Origin: Flavobacterium sp. UBA7663
GTDB lineage: Bacteria; Bacteroidota; Bacteroidia; Flavobacteriales; Flavobacteriaceae
Assembly (NCBI RefSeq): GCF_002483315.1
Contig: NZ_DLHR01000001.1
Location: forward strand, 1,756-65,755
Reading direction: 5' to 3'
DNA: 64,000 nt
Shown: one piece after another, positions 46,482 to 56,659 of the stretch
Position numbering within the stretch: position 1 is the stretch's first letter
Layout: every line of letters begins with the position of its first letter
Position numbers and translations under genes: made by a program
Notes under the pieces: generated by a model
The model's input: the letters and a program-made list of their open reading frames with translations, nothing else
What the model was told of the DNA's origin: nothing
Databases searched by the model: none

Positions 46482-48377
46482 TTACTTAAAACACCCAATT
46501 TTATCGTGTTGTAAAACGTCTCGGATTTCATCGATAATTGCCTCATCGTCGATAGTAGAAGGAACTTGAAAGTTTTCACCATCGGCAATGCTTCGCATCA
46601 TTTTACGAAGTATTTTACCTGAACGGGTTTTAGGTAAGCGTTGTACCAAAACTACATCACGTAACGATGCTACAGCTCCAATTTGTTCTCTTACTAATTT
46701 AACAACTTCGTGTTGCAGTTGGAAATGTTCAATATCTTCTCCCGATTTTGCAACAACCAATGCTAATGGAATTTGACCTTTTAATTCGTCATTAATTCCG
46801 ATTACAGCACATTCTGCAACGGAGTGATGTGAAGCTACAATTTCTTCCATTTCAGCAGTTGAAAGGCGGTGACCAGCAACGTTTATGACATCATCTACTC
46901 TACCTGTAATGAAAATATAATCTTCATCATCTTTAAATCCACCATCTCCAGAGAAATAGTAGCCTGGAAATTTATTCAAATAACCCGCTTTGAAACGTTC
47001 GTTATCTTTCCATAAATCCAATAAAGTTCCAGGAGGTAATGGCAATTTGATCACCACATAACCTTCTTCATTTGGACCTAATTCTTGTCCGTTTTCTCCA
47101 AAAATTCTGATATCGTAACCCGTAACAGCTTTTCCTGCCGAACCTGGTTTTATAGGTAAATACTCCACTCCCATCATATTTGCAATCATGGGCCAACCCG
47201 ATTCGGTTTGCCACCAATGGTCGATTGCTGGAACTGGAATATGTTCGCGATACCATTCTAAAGTTGCTACATCACAACGTTCTCCTGCTAAGAATTGAAT
47301 TCGTAAACAAGATAAATCATATTGTTTGATGAATTCGCCATTTGGATCTTCTTTTTTAATAGCTCTGATGGCTGTTGGTGCGGTAAACATTACGCTAACT
47401 TTATGTTCGGCAATTACGCGCCAAAAGGTACTTGCATCTGGTGTACGAATTGGTTTTCCTTCAAAAAGAATGGTTGTGTTTCGATTTATTAATGGTCCAT
47501 AAACGATATAACTATGTCCTACAACCCAACCCACATCGGAAGCAGCCCAAAATACTTCACCTTCTTTTGCATCGTAAATATGTTGCATTGAAAATTTAAG
47601 TGCCGTAGCATAACCTCCTGTATCTCTGACGATTCCTTTTGGTTTTCCTGTTGTACCTGAAGTGTATAAAATATACAAAGGATGTGTTGAATTCACAGAA
47701 ACGCATTCAGCTTCCTCGGAACCATAAACTAAGGCATCATAATCAACATCGTATTTTTTAAAGGGTACTCTTGCCCCTAATTTTCTATTGAAAACGATTA
47801 CCTTTTCTGGTTTGTGATTGGCTAATTCAATAGCTTCATCAACTAAAGGTTTGTAAGCAATTAATCGATCGATTTCAATTCCTGAAGAAGCGGTAATAAT
47901 GGCTTTAGGTTCGCAATCATCAATACGAATAGCTAATTCATGCGGTGCAAAACCTCCAAAAACTACCGAATGTGTTACTCCTATTCGCGCACAAGCCAAC
48001 ATAGCAAAGGCTGCTTGTGGAATCATTGGCATATAAATTACAGCAGTATCGCCTTTTTCTAATCCAAGCGAAAGTAAACCGCCAGCTAATTTGGCAACTT
48101 CGGTTTTAACTTCGTTAAATGTATACTTTTTTACAGTTTGTGTAACGGGTGAGTCATAAATAATAGCAACTTGCTCTCCAAAGCCATCTTCTATGTGTTT
48201 ATCAACTGCTAGATAACATGCATTAAGCTCTCCGTCTGCAAACCACAATGGATAATCGTTCGAATCGTTAGACAAAATAGTTTTTGGGTTTGAAAACCAA
48301 GCAATGTTTTGTGATTGCTCTTTCCAGAAATCTACTGCGGATTCGTTACTTTTTTTATAAAATTCGTAATAATTCAT
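46482..48377 (-). CDS. prpE: propionate--CoA ligase (PrpE-like acyl-CoA synthetase)
   Basis: 631 aa, collinear with enterobacterial PrpE (YEFYKKS...FWKEQ, HSVVFGGFA, YTSGTTGKPKG, PKTRSGKILR). Confidence 0.8.
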   Translation of the reverse strand: MNYYEFYKKSNESAVDFWKEQSQNIAWFSNPKTILSNDSNDYPLWFADGELNACYLAVDKHIEDGFGEQVAIIYDSPVTQTVKKYTFNEVKTEVAKLAGGLLSLGLEKGDTAVIYMPMIPQAAFAMLACARIGVTHSVVFGGFAPHELAIRIDDCEPKAIITASSGIEIDRLIAYKPLVDEAIELANHKPEKVIVFNRKLGARVPFKKYDVDYDALVYGSEEAECVSVNSTHPLYILYTSGTTGKPKGIVRDTGGYATALKFSMQHIYDAKEGEVFWAASDVGWVVGHSYIVYGPLINRNTTILFEGKPIRTPDASTFWRVIAEHKVSVMFTAPTAIRAIKKEDPNGEFIKQYDLSCLRIQFLAGERCDVATLEWYREHIPVPAIDHWWQTESGWPMIANMMGVEYLPIKPGSAGKAVTGYDIRIFGENGQELGPNEEGYVVIKLPLPPGTLLDLWKDNERFKAGYLNKFPGYYFSGDGGFKDDEDYIFITGRVDDVINVAGHRLSTAEMEEIVASHHSVAECAVIGINDELKGQIPLALVVAKSGEDIEHFQLQHEVVKLVREQIGAVASLRDVVLVQRLPKTRSGKILRKMMRSIADGENFQVPSTIDDEAIIDEIRDVLQHDKIGCFK

Positions 48378-48533
48378 TTGAATAATTCGGTTTGTGTTAT
48401 TTTTTCTTTAGTAAATTTAAAGAATAAAATAATGCCAAATGAATTAATCTTGCTAAATAGGTATAGATAAAGAAATAAGAATTTAGAACATAGAAATTAG
48501 AAAAATAACAGATATCTAATTGAAAACAGATTT

Positions 48534-48628
48534 GCGTTAGGGATTGAAGCTTTGTTTGAGCTCTTAATTAAAATTTTTAAGAATTTTAATTAAAGCGAGT
48601 GCGTAAAGCCCGACCCTTGTGGTAACGC
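48534..48628. repeat. composite inverted repeat with relatively GC-rich outer arms and an AT palindrome core
   Basis: GCGTTAGGGATTGAAGCTTT (48534-48553) versus AAAGCCCGACCCTTGTGGTAACGC (48605-48628). Core CTTAATTAAAATT / AATTTTAATTAAAG. Confidence 0.45.
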
Positions 48629-48636
48629 TCAAATAT

Positions 48637-48999
48637 TTACCCAAACAACTCCTCCACTTTCTCTACCACTTTCTTAATTGAAAATGGCTTGGTCATGTAG
48701 GCATCGGCACCAAGAGCCATCCCTTTTTCAATGTCACTTTCTTTGTTTTTAGCGGATAAGAACAAGACTTTAGTGTGTTTTAGATTTTCGTCTTTTCTAA
48801 TTTGTTCTAAAGTGGCAAATCCGTCTACCATGGGCATCATGATATCTAAAATAATCACATCAGGAAAATTACTTTTTAAAATATCCAATGCTTCTTGCCC
48901 GTCACGAGCTATAAATACTTCGTAATTGCTTTTTTTGAAGGTATATTCAAGCGTCATTACAATGTTTGGTTCGTCGTCTACAATTAAAATCTTCTTCAT
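48637..48999 (-). CDS. single-domain (CheY-like) response regulator
   Basis: 120 aa with a receiver domain only (DVIILDIMMP, K at LSAK). No output domain. Confidence 0.9.
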   Translation of the reverse strand: MKKILIVDDEPNIVMTLEYTFKKSNYEVFIARDGQEALDILKSNFPDVIILDIMMPMVDGFATLEQIRKDENLKHTKVLFLSAKNKESDIEKGMALGADAYMTKPFSIKKVVEKVEELFG

Positions 49000-51698
49000 A
49001 AATCTGTATTTTCAATATTTTTTATCGGTAAAGTAAAAGAAATACATGCGCCTTTTATACTTGGTTCTACCCAAATTTTACCTTTGTGATGTTCTATAAT
49101 TTGTTTGCAAATTGCCAATCCTAATCCGCTACCAACGGGTTTTTTGAAATTCTGATTGGAAGCTTGATAAAATTTGTCAAATATAACTTCAAAATCGTTA
49201 GGATTAATGCCTTTTCCGTTATCTTGAACAGAAGTTATTACAAAATTATCCTTCTTTTTTACTTGAATCGTTATTAAACCTTCACTTTCGGGGCAAAATT
49301 TAATGGCATTTGACAACAAATTCGTAACTACTTGAATGATTCGATCTTCATCATAATATGCAAAAATAGTATCTTTACTTTCTACATAAATACTGATTTT
49401 CTTGTTTTTAATCAATTGTTGTAAAGGTTCAATCGAATGTTCAATGGTAGCAATTAAGTTGTTTAGACTTGGATGAATGGTTTGTTTCCCTGTTTCAAAT
49501 TTTTCTAAATCTAAAATTTTATCAATCAAACGATTCAAACGATCAGATTCGGAAATGATATTTTGTAGAAATTGTTTTTTTAACTCTTCCGGAATTTCGT
49601 CGTCATCGTGCAAAATTTCGCTTGCAGCACGAATAGCGGTAATTGGTGTACGAAGTTCGTGTGTAACAGTGTCTAAAAATTCGTCTTTTTGGATGTCTTT
49701 TCGAACCAAGGTTTCATTTGCTTTTTGAAGTTGCGAAGTAATTTCTTTTAACTCATTAGAAGTTTCCAGCAGCTTTTTATTGGTTATAATGTTTTCTTTG
49801 GATTCTTCTAAGATTTTCAGTACTTCAGGAAGCGTTACTTTTTCTTCTTTTACCACACTTGAAATTAAAATTCTAGCCGAAGCTGTTCCAATGTGTCCCG
49901 TTAATAAATTTTCGGCAAATTTAACTAACCGAGCATCTGCAAGCTCTTGATTTTTATCCACATTATATTTTACGTTGAAAATATTTAAAGCCCGTTTGGT
50001 TCGTTCTTCACCTAAAAACCGAACTAAAACTTTTTCAATATCACTAGTATAAGCGGTTCCTTTCCAAACGAATGCATTTTCATGATTGGTGCTATATTTT
50101 TCGATGTCAACGTACATTTCGGCATAATTGCGTTCGCGGTAATTTCCTTTAAAGCTCACAGAAACCGCAAAATAAGTTAATGAATTAAACAACATACTCC
50201 AAAACAAAGCATGTGGCACAGGTTGCAAATAATCCAAACCAAAAAGTTGGAAGGGTTTTAATAAGCCAATTTTCATAAAACCTTCCGAAATAAAAGAACT
50301 TTCGTTGTTGGTTAGTCCAATAGCATATGGCAATAATAAGGTATAAATACAGATTAGAAATCCAATTAAAATTCCATAAATAGCTCCCATTCTTGAACCT
50401 CTGCGCCAGAAAATTGCTCCGAAAAATGCTGGTGCTAATTGGGCAATAATTACAAACGAAATTAATCCGATGGAAACCAAACTGTAATCTAATGCGAAGA
50501 ATCTGTAAATAAAATAGGCAACAATAATTAATGAAAAAATTCCTATTTTACGAATATTGACAATTTTTTTGTTATTGATAACTTGTTCCTCACTACGTAA
50601 TTTTCCTAAAAAAGTATATGGAATTAATAAGTTGTTACTCAACATGGTAGATAAACTTATGCTCGAAACTACAATCATGGAAATGGCTGCCGAAAATCCG
50701 CCTAAAAACACTAAAACAGTTAATGTGGTATTATTGAAATATTGAGGGATTAGTAACGAATACGTGTCGGCATTAGCGTCAGTTCCTTCAAATAAGACAT
50801 TTCCGCCCCAAGCAATTGGATAAACAAAAATATTAAAAAGCAATAAGTACAAAGGAAACAACCAAATAGCAGTTTTTATGTGACGTTCTCTATTGTTTTC
50901 AACCACTGACATTTGAAATTGTCTTGGTAACAAAAAGATTGCAAAAAGTGAAACCATACTTAGAAAAAACCAATTTAGACCTTGTTCTAATCCGCCAATG
51001 GTATTTTTCTCTTTAAAATTCTCTAAAAGAGAAGCTTTTGCATATATATCATCGTAACCATCGAAAACAAAGTAGGTTACATAAACTCCAATAATGATAA
51101 AAAAGACTAATTTTAGTACGCTTTCTAGGGCAACAGCGGTAACAATCCCTTTTCTTTTTTCGGATGCGTCTACATAACGCGTTCCGTAATAAGATGCAAA
51201 AAGTGCTAAAGCAATCGCAACATAAGTTGTGGTATCATCAAAAATGTAAGAACTTGTATTTGTTTGAGTTACAATATGAAACGTTTCCGAAATTGCTTTT
51301 AGTTGCAATGCAATATAGGGTAAAACTCCTGCCAAGCAAACAACAGTTACAATAGCTCCTAAAAAACGACTATTACCGTAACGAAGCGAAATAAAATCGG
51401 CAATACTTGAAATTTTATTCACACGAGAAATGCGAATGATTTTATTCAAAATAATAATCCAAGCCGGTATAATGATTATTGGTCCGATGTAAATAGGCAA
51501 ATATCCTAAACCAGAATTCGCTGCAACACCTATACTTCCATAATACGTCCAAGCAGTACAATACACGGCTAATGATAAAGAATAGATGTATGAATTATTA
51601 GTCCATTTGACATTTTCTTTTTTTTCTGCCCAATGTGCTATAAAAAAAAGAATACCCAAATAGCCTAATAAAATAAGTAAAAGAACTGCACTATTCAT
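48996..51698 (-). CDS. sensor histidine kinase with N-terminal sodium:solute-symporter (SLC5-like) domain (CbrA/CrbS-like)
   Basis: About 500 aa with 13 TM helices of SSS type, then a coiled coil, H-box VTHELRTPITAI and an HATPase (NAIKF, DNGKGI, GSGLGLAI). Confidence 0.85.
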   Translation of the reverse strand: MNSAVLLLILLGYLGILFFIAHWAEKKENVKWTNNSYIYSLSLAVYCTAWTYYGSIGVAANSGLGYLPIYIGPIIIIPAWIIILNKIIRISRVNKISSIADFISLRYGNSRFLGAIVTVVCLAGVLPYIALQLKAISETFHIVTQTNTSSYIFDDTTTYVAIALALFASYYGTRYVDASEKRKGIVTAVALESVLKLVFFIIIGVYVTYFVFDGYDDIYAKASLLENFKEKNTIGGLEQGLNWFFLSMVSLFAIFLLPRQFQMSVVENNRERHIKTAIWLFPLYLLLFNIFVYPIAWGGNVLFEGTDANADTYSLLIPQYFNNTTLTVLVFLGGFSAAISMIVVSSISLSTMLSNNLLIPYTFLGKLRSEEQVINNKKIVNIRKIGIFSLIIVAYFIYRFFALDYSLVSIGLISFVIIAQLAPAFFGAIFWRRGSRMGAIYGILIGFLICIYTLLLPYAIGLTNNESSFISEGFMKIGLLKPFQLFGLDYLQPVPHALFWSMLFNSLTYFAVSVSFKGNYRERNYAEMYVDIEKYSTNHENAFVWKGTAYTSDIEKVLVRFLGEERTKRALNIFNVKYNVDKNQELADARLVKFAENLLTGHIGTASARILISSVVKEEKVTLPEVLKILEESKENIITNKKLLETSNELKEITSQLQKANETLVRKDIQKDEFLDTVTHELRTPITAIRAASEILHDDDEIPEELKKQFLQNIISESDRLNRLIDKILDLEKFETGKQTIHPSLNNLIATIEHSIEPLQQLIKNKKISIYVESKDTIFAYYDEDRIIQVVTNLLSNAIKFCPESEGLITIQVKKKDNFVITSVQDNGKGINPNDFEVIFDKFYQASNQNFKKPVGSGLGLAICKQIIEHHKGKIWVEPSIKGACISFTLPIKNIENTDL

Positions 51699-51885
51699 AA
51701 TAACGTTGTACTACAATCCAAGACATTAAAATCGAAAATAACCAAGCCGAAAAGACATAAATATAAATGATAGGAAATCCTAAAAAACTTTCGGAACTAT
51801 CAAATAATAATACTATTGGCAAGTTGAGAGCCAAAAGCAATAGAAATGATAAAACTACTAATTTTTGTTGATGTCTTTTTTTCAT
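51691..51885 (-). CDS. small 2-TM protein (DUF3311-like) coupled to the SSS-kinase
   Basis: 64 aa. The stop overlaps the kinase start by 8 nt. Confidence 0.45.
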   Translation of the reverse strand: MKKRHQQKLVVLSFLLLLALNLPIVLLFDSSESFLGFPIIYIYVFSAWLFSILMSWIVVQRYYE

Positions 51886-51928
51886 TGAGAATTGTAGGTA
51901 TATTTTATATTAACTTTTTAAAAATACA

Positions 51929-51959
51929 AACTCTGTTCTTGAAAAACAAGAACAGAGTT
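51929..51959 (-). terminator. rho-independent terminator after the SSS transporter gene
   Basis: Perfect 13-bp stem AACTCTGTTCTTG / CAAGAACAGAGTT with loop AAAAA. T-rich sequence follows on the minus strand. Confidence 0.7.
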
Positions 51960-51984
51960 GTAAAATAATTTATTTTCTATGAAA

Positions 51985-53733
51985 TTAGTGAGCAGCTCCT
52001 GCTTCTGCAGCACCAGAAGGTATACGGATATTTTCTACAATATCTTGCACTTCTTGTGGTGGCGCTGGTGTAAACTTACTTACTAATAAAGCAACAATAA
52101 AGTTTGCAATCATAGCAACTGTTCCAAATCCTTCTGGAGAAATTCCAAACCACCATTCCGATTTGTCTGGCATATCACCAATCCAACCTAGTTTGAATTT
52201 CGCCATATAGTATAACATTAATGCCATACCAACAACCATACCTGCAACAGCTCCTTCTTTGTTCATTTTTTTATTGAAAATACCCAAAATAATAGCAGGG
52301 AAGAATGAAGCAGCGGCTAATCCGAAAGCCAATGCTACAACGGCGGCCACGAAACCTGGAGGATTAATTCCGAAATATCCTGCAATAATTACAGCTACAG
52401 CGGCAGAAATACGAGCAGTCCATAATTCTCCTTTTTCAGAAATATTTGGGTTAACCATTTTCTTGATTAAATCGTGAGAAACAGCCGCAGAAATTACTAA
52501 CAATAAACCAGCAGCAGTTGAAAGTGCAGCAGCTAAAGCTCCAGCAGCAACCAATGCAATAACCCAGTTAGGTAATTTTGCAATTTCAGGATTTGCTAAT
52601 ACCATGATATCATTATCGATATACAATTCGTTAGCACTTTCAGCATTTGGTTGGTCTTTTTGTGGTTTACCATCTTTCAATACAAAAGCATCTCCTTTTA
52701 CATATTGAATTTTTCCATCAGCATTTTTATCATTATAGATTAAAAGACCAGTTTTTTCCCAGTTTTTAAACCATTGAGGCATGTCTGCATAATTTTTATT
52801 ACTAACTGTTTCGATTAAGTTAGTTCTTGCAAAAACAGATACTGCAGGAGCTGTTGTATATAAAATCACAATAAATACTAATGCTAATCCAGCAGATTTA
52901 CGTGCGTCTTTTACATTTTTAACGGTAAAGAAACGAACAATTACGTGAGGTAATCCAGCAGTTCCAACCATTAAAGCTAAGGTAATTGCTAAAACGTCAA
53001 TCATCGATTTTGAACCATCTGTATATTCAGTAAAACCTAATTCTGTAGACAAACCATTTAACTTATCAAGTAAATAAGTATCTGTTCCGACTACAGTTCC
53101 TCCCATTCCTAATTGTGGAATTGGATTACCTGTCATTTGTATTGAAATGAAGATTGCTGGCACCATGAAAGCGAAAATCAATACACAGTATTGTGCTACT
53201 TGCGTATAAGTAATACCTTTCATCCCTCCTAAAACCGCGTAGAATAAAACGATTACCATTCCAATGATTACACCGGTGTTAATTTCAACTTCTAAGAATC
53301 TTGAAAATACAACTCCTACTCCACGCATTTGACCCGCTACATATGTAAATGATACAATCAAAGCACAGAAAACAGCTACCGAACGTGCAGTTTTTGAGTA
53401 GTATCGATCTCCAATAAAATCAGGCACCGTGAATTTTCCGAATTTTCTTAAATAAGGAGCTAAAAGTAATGCTAAAAGTACATAACCTCCGGTCCAACCC
53501 ATTAAGTAAACCGCTCCATCATAACCTGCAAAAGAAATAATTCCTGCCATTGAAATAAACGATGCGGCAGACATCCAATCGGCAGCAGTTGCCATACCAT
53601 TAGCTAATGGAGAAACTCCTCCACCAGCTACATAAAACTCTTTAGTAGAACCCGCTCTTGTCCAAATAGCAATTCCAATGTAGATTGCAAACGTAATTCC
53701 TACAATAATATATGTCCAAATTTTTACATCCAT
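51985..53733 (-). CDS. sodium:solute symporter, acetate-permease-like (DUF4212-partnered subfamily)
   Basis: 582 aa with 13-14 TM helices of the SSS family. Preceded by its DUF4212 small subunit. Confidence 0.85.
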   Translation of the reverse strand: MDVKIWTYIIVGITFAIYIGIAIWTRAGSTKEFYVAGGGVSPLANGMATAADWMSAASFISMAGIISFAGYDGAVYLMGWTGGYVLLALLLAPYLRKFGKFTVPDFIGDRYYSKTARSVAVFCALIVSFTYVAGQMRGVGVVFSRFLEVEINTGVIIGMVIVLFYAVLGGMKGITYTQVAQYCVLIFAFMVPAIFISIQMTGNPIPQLGMGGTVVGTDTYLLDKLNGLSTELGFTEYTDGSKSMIDVLAITLALMVGTAGLPHVIVRFFTVKNVKDARKSAGLALVFIVILYTTAPAVSVFARTNLIETVSNKNYADMPQWFKNWEKTGLLIYNDKNADGKIQYVKGDAFVLKDGKPQKDQPNAESANELYIDNDIMVLANPEIAKLPNWVIALVAAGALAAALSTAAGLLLVISAAVSHDLIKKMVNPNISEKGELWTARISAAVAVIIAGYFGINPPGFVAAVVALAFGLAAASFFPAIILGIFNKKMNKEGAVAGMVVGMALMLYYMAKFKLGWIGDMPDKSEWWFGISPEGFGTVAMIANFIVALLVSKFTPAPPQEVQDIVENIRIPSGAAEAGAAH

Positions 53734-53757
53734 GATTATAAATTTTTATCTTATTAA

Positions 53758-54018
53758 TTAATCGTTATCAAAACCATATTTTTTATCTAATTTGTTCATT
53801 AAACGAACGTAGACAAAAATTAAGATTACGAAAACATACATTGATCCTTGTTGGGCAAACCAAAATCCAAGTGGAAATCCACCTAATTTGATTGTGTTTA
53901 ATTGGTCTACAAATAGAATTCCTGCTCCATACGAGCATAGAAACCAAATGCTTAAAAGAATTAGAAGGTATCTTAAATTTTCCTTCCAATAAGCCGTAGC
54001 GTGTTTTTGATCACTCAT
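53758..54018 (-). CDS. DUF4212 small subunit of solute:sodium symporter
   Basis: 86 aa, 2 TM. YWKENLRYLLILL and FPLGFWFAQQGS motifs. Confidence 0.8.
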   Translation of the reverse strand: MSDQKHATAYWKENLRYLLILLSIWFLCSYGAGILFVDQLNTIKLGGFPLGFWFAQQGSMYVFVILIFVYVRLMNKLDKKYGFDND

Positions 54019-54042
54019 TGTTTATTAGTTTTTGATTGTTTG

Positions 54043-55290
54043 TTAAAATGAATAGGCACATGAAATCATTGCTCTAAAATTACCAACATCTGTAGTGTTT
54101 CCACCAATCGATGCATCTGATTCTAAATCACCCCATGTAGCAGCAGTATACTCTAACTCTGGTGTAATTCTAAATTTATTTTGTTTGAAATCAACTCTTG
54201 CTGCAGCTCTCCAAACATTATCAACACCTCTTGTTCCAGAAGTTCCTCTCATGTATAATGCAGTTGCACCATCTTTTCCTGTTCCATCGTTTTTAGTATA
54301 TCCAAAAAAGAATCCAGGTGCAGTTTTCGCATTATTACTAGCAATATCTAACCACAATGATGTTGTTTTTGTTGCTTCATATTTTTCAACTTGTCCTGGT
54401 GTTGTATATCCAGCAAAACCACCAAGCATTACTAAATTATACATATTTTCACCTGTAATTCCGTAAGCCTTGATGTGAAATTTATCATTATTGTATTTGA
54501 AATATCCTACAAATGATAAACTATTTACTTTTTCATCTGACACTAAACCATTAGAAACCGTTAAAGGTTGTAAAGATTTAAATTCAGCTCCTAAACCTGC
54601 AATCCAATTTTTGTTTTTGAATTGAAATTGTCCGTGAAATGTTGGAATTGATGAATTAATTGAAGCAGAATTTTGGGTTCCCCCAGTTGCGGTTGCGGTT
54701 GTAAATTCTCTTTCTTTGTACGCGGTTAACGCAAATGAAATATTATTTGAAAGACTATGTTTAACTCTAATTTGTGATGCCCAACCAAATGGGTTAAATA
54801 AAATACCTGTACTAAAGTTTGCTACTCCAGGAAAAACTTCAGGAATAAACGTTGGATACCAAGTTTGTCCCATTGTAACAGTAGTTTTAGACCATTCTAA
54901 ACTTGCAAAAGCATGTCTTAATCTAAATTGACCAATAGAACCTTCCGTATTACCAAAGAAATCGCCCTCTAATGTACCTGAAGTTTTAGCTCCCCAAACA
55001 TTTGGTCCTTTTGCTTTAACACCTAATCTTGAAACTACAGATAAAAAATTTGAAGCACCTGCATCGTTAATATCTTTTCCGTTAGCATCTAAAACTTCAT
55101 CTAAAGGATATAGGTTTAAATTATATTCCCTTACTTGAGCTGATTTTCTTGTATCCCAAATATAATCAGTTCGAACGAAACCATAAAGATTTACGTCCCA
55201 CTCCTTTTCTGCAGGTGCAGTTGCTGGAGTTGTTTGAGAATATCCCGAAAAGGATAAAGCTACAAACGATGCAATTAATACTTTTTTCAT
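54043..55290 (-). CDS. outer membrane porin (beta-barrel)
   Basis: Signal peptide, alternating-residue beta-strand pattern, C-terminal aromatic residue (YSF). Confidence 0.6.
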   Translation of the reverse strand: MKKVLIASFVALSFSGYSQTTPATAPAEKEWDVNLYGFVRTDYIWDTRKSAQVREYNLNLYPLDEVLDANGKDINDAGASNFLSVVSRLGVKAKGPNVWGAKTSGTLEGDFFGNTEGSIGQFRLRHAFASLEWSKTTVTMGQTWYPTFIPEVFPGVANFSTGILFNPFGWASQIRVKHSLSNNISFALTAYKEREFTTATATGGTQNSASINSSIPTFHGQFQFKNKNWIAGLGAEFKSLQPLTVSNGLVSDEKVNSLSFVGYFKYNNDKFHIKAYGITGENMYNLVMLGGFAGYTTPGQVEKYEATKTTSLWLDIASNNAKTAPGFFFGYTKNDGTGKDGATALYMRGTSGTRGVDNVWRAAARVDFKQNKFRITPELEYTAATWGDLESDASIGGNTTDVGNFRAMISCAYSF

Positions 55291-55388
55291 AATTTAAGTT
55301 TTGGTTAGTTGTGCATTTCTGCATGACCAAATTCTAAAATTATGTTAACGAAAAAAATTGTAATATATAATTTTGTAAAATGGTATAG

Positions 55389-55808
55389 TTAATCTTTAAA
55401 ACGTTCCCATTTAATAAGCATAAACTTATCACCAAGCTCTGTTATAATCATACCTGCACCAGACAATCTATCTTTATTTTGAAGGTATTCAACCAGCTCA
55501 TTGTGCTTGAAAATCTTATAAGTTGGATGATAATTTGGATGTGGCGGTTTTTTGATTTTAAACTCTTTCACCCAATTGCTAATCGATACGTGCGAAACTC
55601 CTAAAATACGCTCAATTTCTCTAAAACTTAAACCTTCTAAATACAGTTGTAATGCTTTAGTTACATAGTAATCATCTATCTTTTTACCTAATTTGTTGAC
55701 AGTGAAATAATAATTACAAGATTTACACAAATACCTTTGTCTATCTTTGATTACACCACTTTTTACAATTGAATCGCTTTGGCATTTGGGACATGCTAAA
55801 ATCTCCAT
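55389..55808 (-). CDS. orphan IS1 InsA-like zinc-ribbon + HTH protein
   Basis: CPKCQS...CKSCNYYFT zinc ribbon and the HTH SFREIERILGVSHVSISNWV. No adjacent DDE transposase ORF or terminal inverted repeats. Confidence 0.6.
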   Translation of the reverse strand: MEILACPKCQSDSIVKSGVIKDRQRYLCKSCNYYFTVNKLGKKIDDYYVTKALQLYLEGLSFREIERILGVSHVSISNWVKEFKIKKPPHPNYHPTYKIFKHNELVEYLQNKDRLSGAGMIITELGDKFMLIKWERFKD

Positions 55809-56053
55809 ATATATAATTTTTGCATAAATATACTAATTTTGCAAAATATACAAAAATATTGTTCGTAATTTTTCAAATATATTTTTTTACATATCACAAT
55901 TATTTTGAATAAAAATTACACATAATGCAATAATAATCAAATACTAGCTTTTTTATGATTTTTAGAATGTTCATAAAAATATTCAATTTTATCAAAAAAG
56001 TATAGTTATGACTTTAAATTATTTTACTTAATTTGTAGAAACAACACTAAACT

Positions 56054-56659
56054 ATGCAATTCGATATTCAACATACCGAATCTTCCGCTTTATACAAGCT
56101 TTTAACTGGAACCGTAATTCCAAGACCTATTGGTTGGATTTCAACAGTTGATGCTAATGGAATTAATAACCTTGCTCCTTTTTCCTTTTTTAATGTAGTA
56201 AGTGAAGATCCACCACACATTATGTTTTCAACTGTTAGAACTGGAAACAAAAACAAAGACACCTTAAATAATATATTAGATAACAAACAATTCGTTGTCA
56301 ATTTAGTTACGGAAGAAGTTGTAGAACAAATGAATACCACTTCTCAAAGCGTAGCTTCTGATATTGATGAATTTGAATTAGCTGGAGTTACTCCTATTGA
56401 TGCTATTTATATCAAGCCAAAACGTGTCAAAGAAAGCTTAGTTCATTTTGAATGTGAAATGGTACATCATTATTTTATTGAAAAGCATCAAAATGGTGGC
56501 GCTTGCATTATCATCGGTAAAATAATCACAATGCATATTGATGATTCAATTCTTATGGAAAATAATAAAATAAACTTAGAAATATATAAGCCTGTTGCTC
56601 GTTTAGCAGGTTCGAATTATAGTAAACTCGGAGAAATTTTCTCTATAAAAAGACAATAA
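56054..56659 (+). CDS. flavin reductase (FMN-binding split-barrel) family protein
   Basis: LLTGTVIPRPIGWISTVDANGINNLAPFSFFN motif. Confidence 0.8.
   Translation: MQFDIQHTESSALYKLLTGTVIPRPIGWISTVDANGINNLAPFSFFNVVSEDPPHIMFSTVRTGNKNKDTLNNILDNKQFVVNLVTEEVVEQMNTTSQSVASDIDEFELAGVTPIDAIYIKPKRVKESLVHFECEMVHHYFIEKHQNGGACIIIGKIITMHIDDSILMENNKINLEIYKPVARLAGSNYSKLGEIFSIKRQ

Noticed and set aside
55389-55808. An active IS1-family insertion sequence
   Set aside because: Only an InsA-like N-terminal module is present. There is no InsB/DDE ORF, no programmed frameshift motif and no terminal inverted repeats or target duplication nearby.
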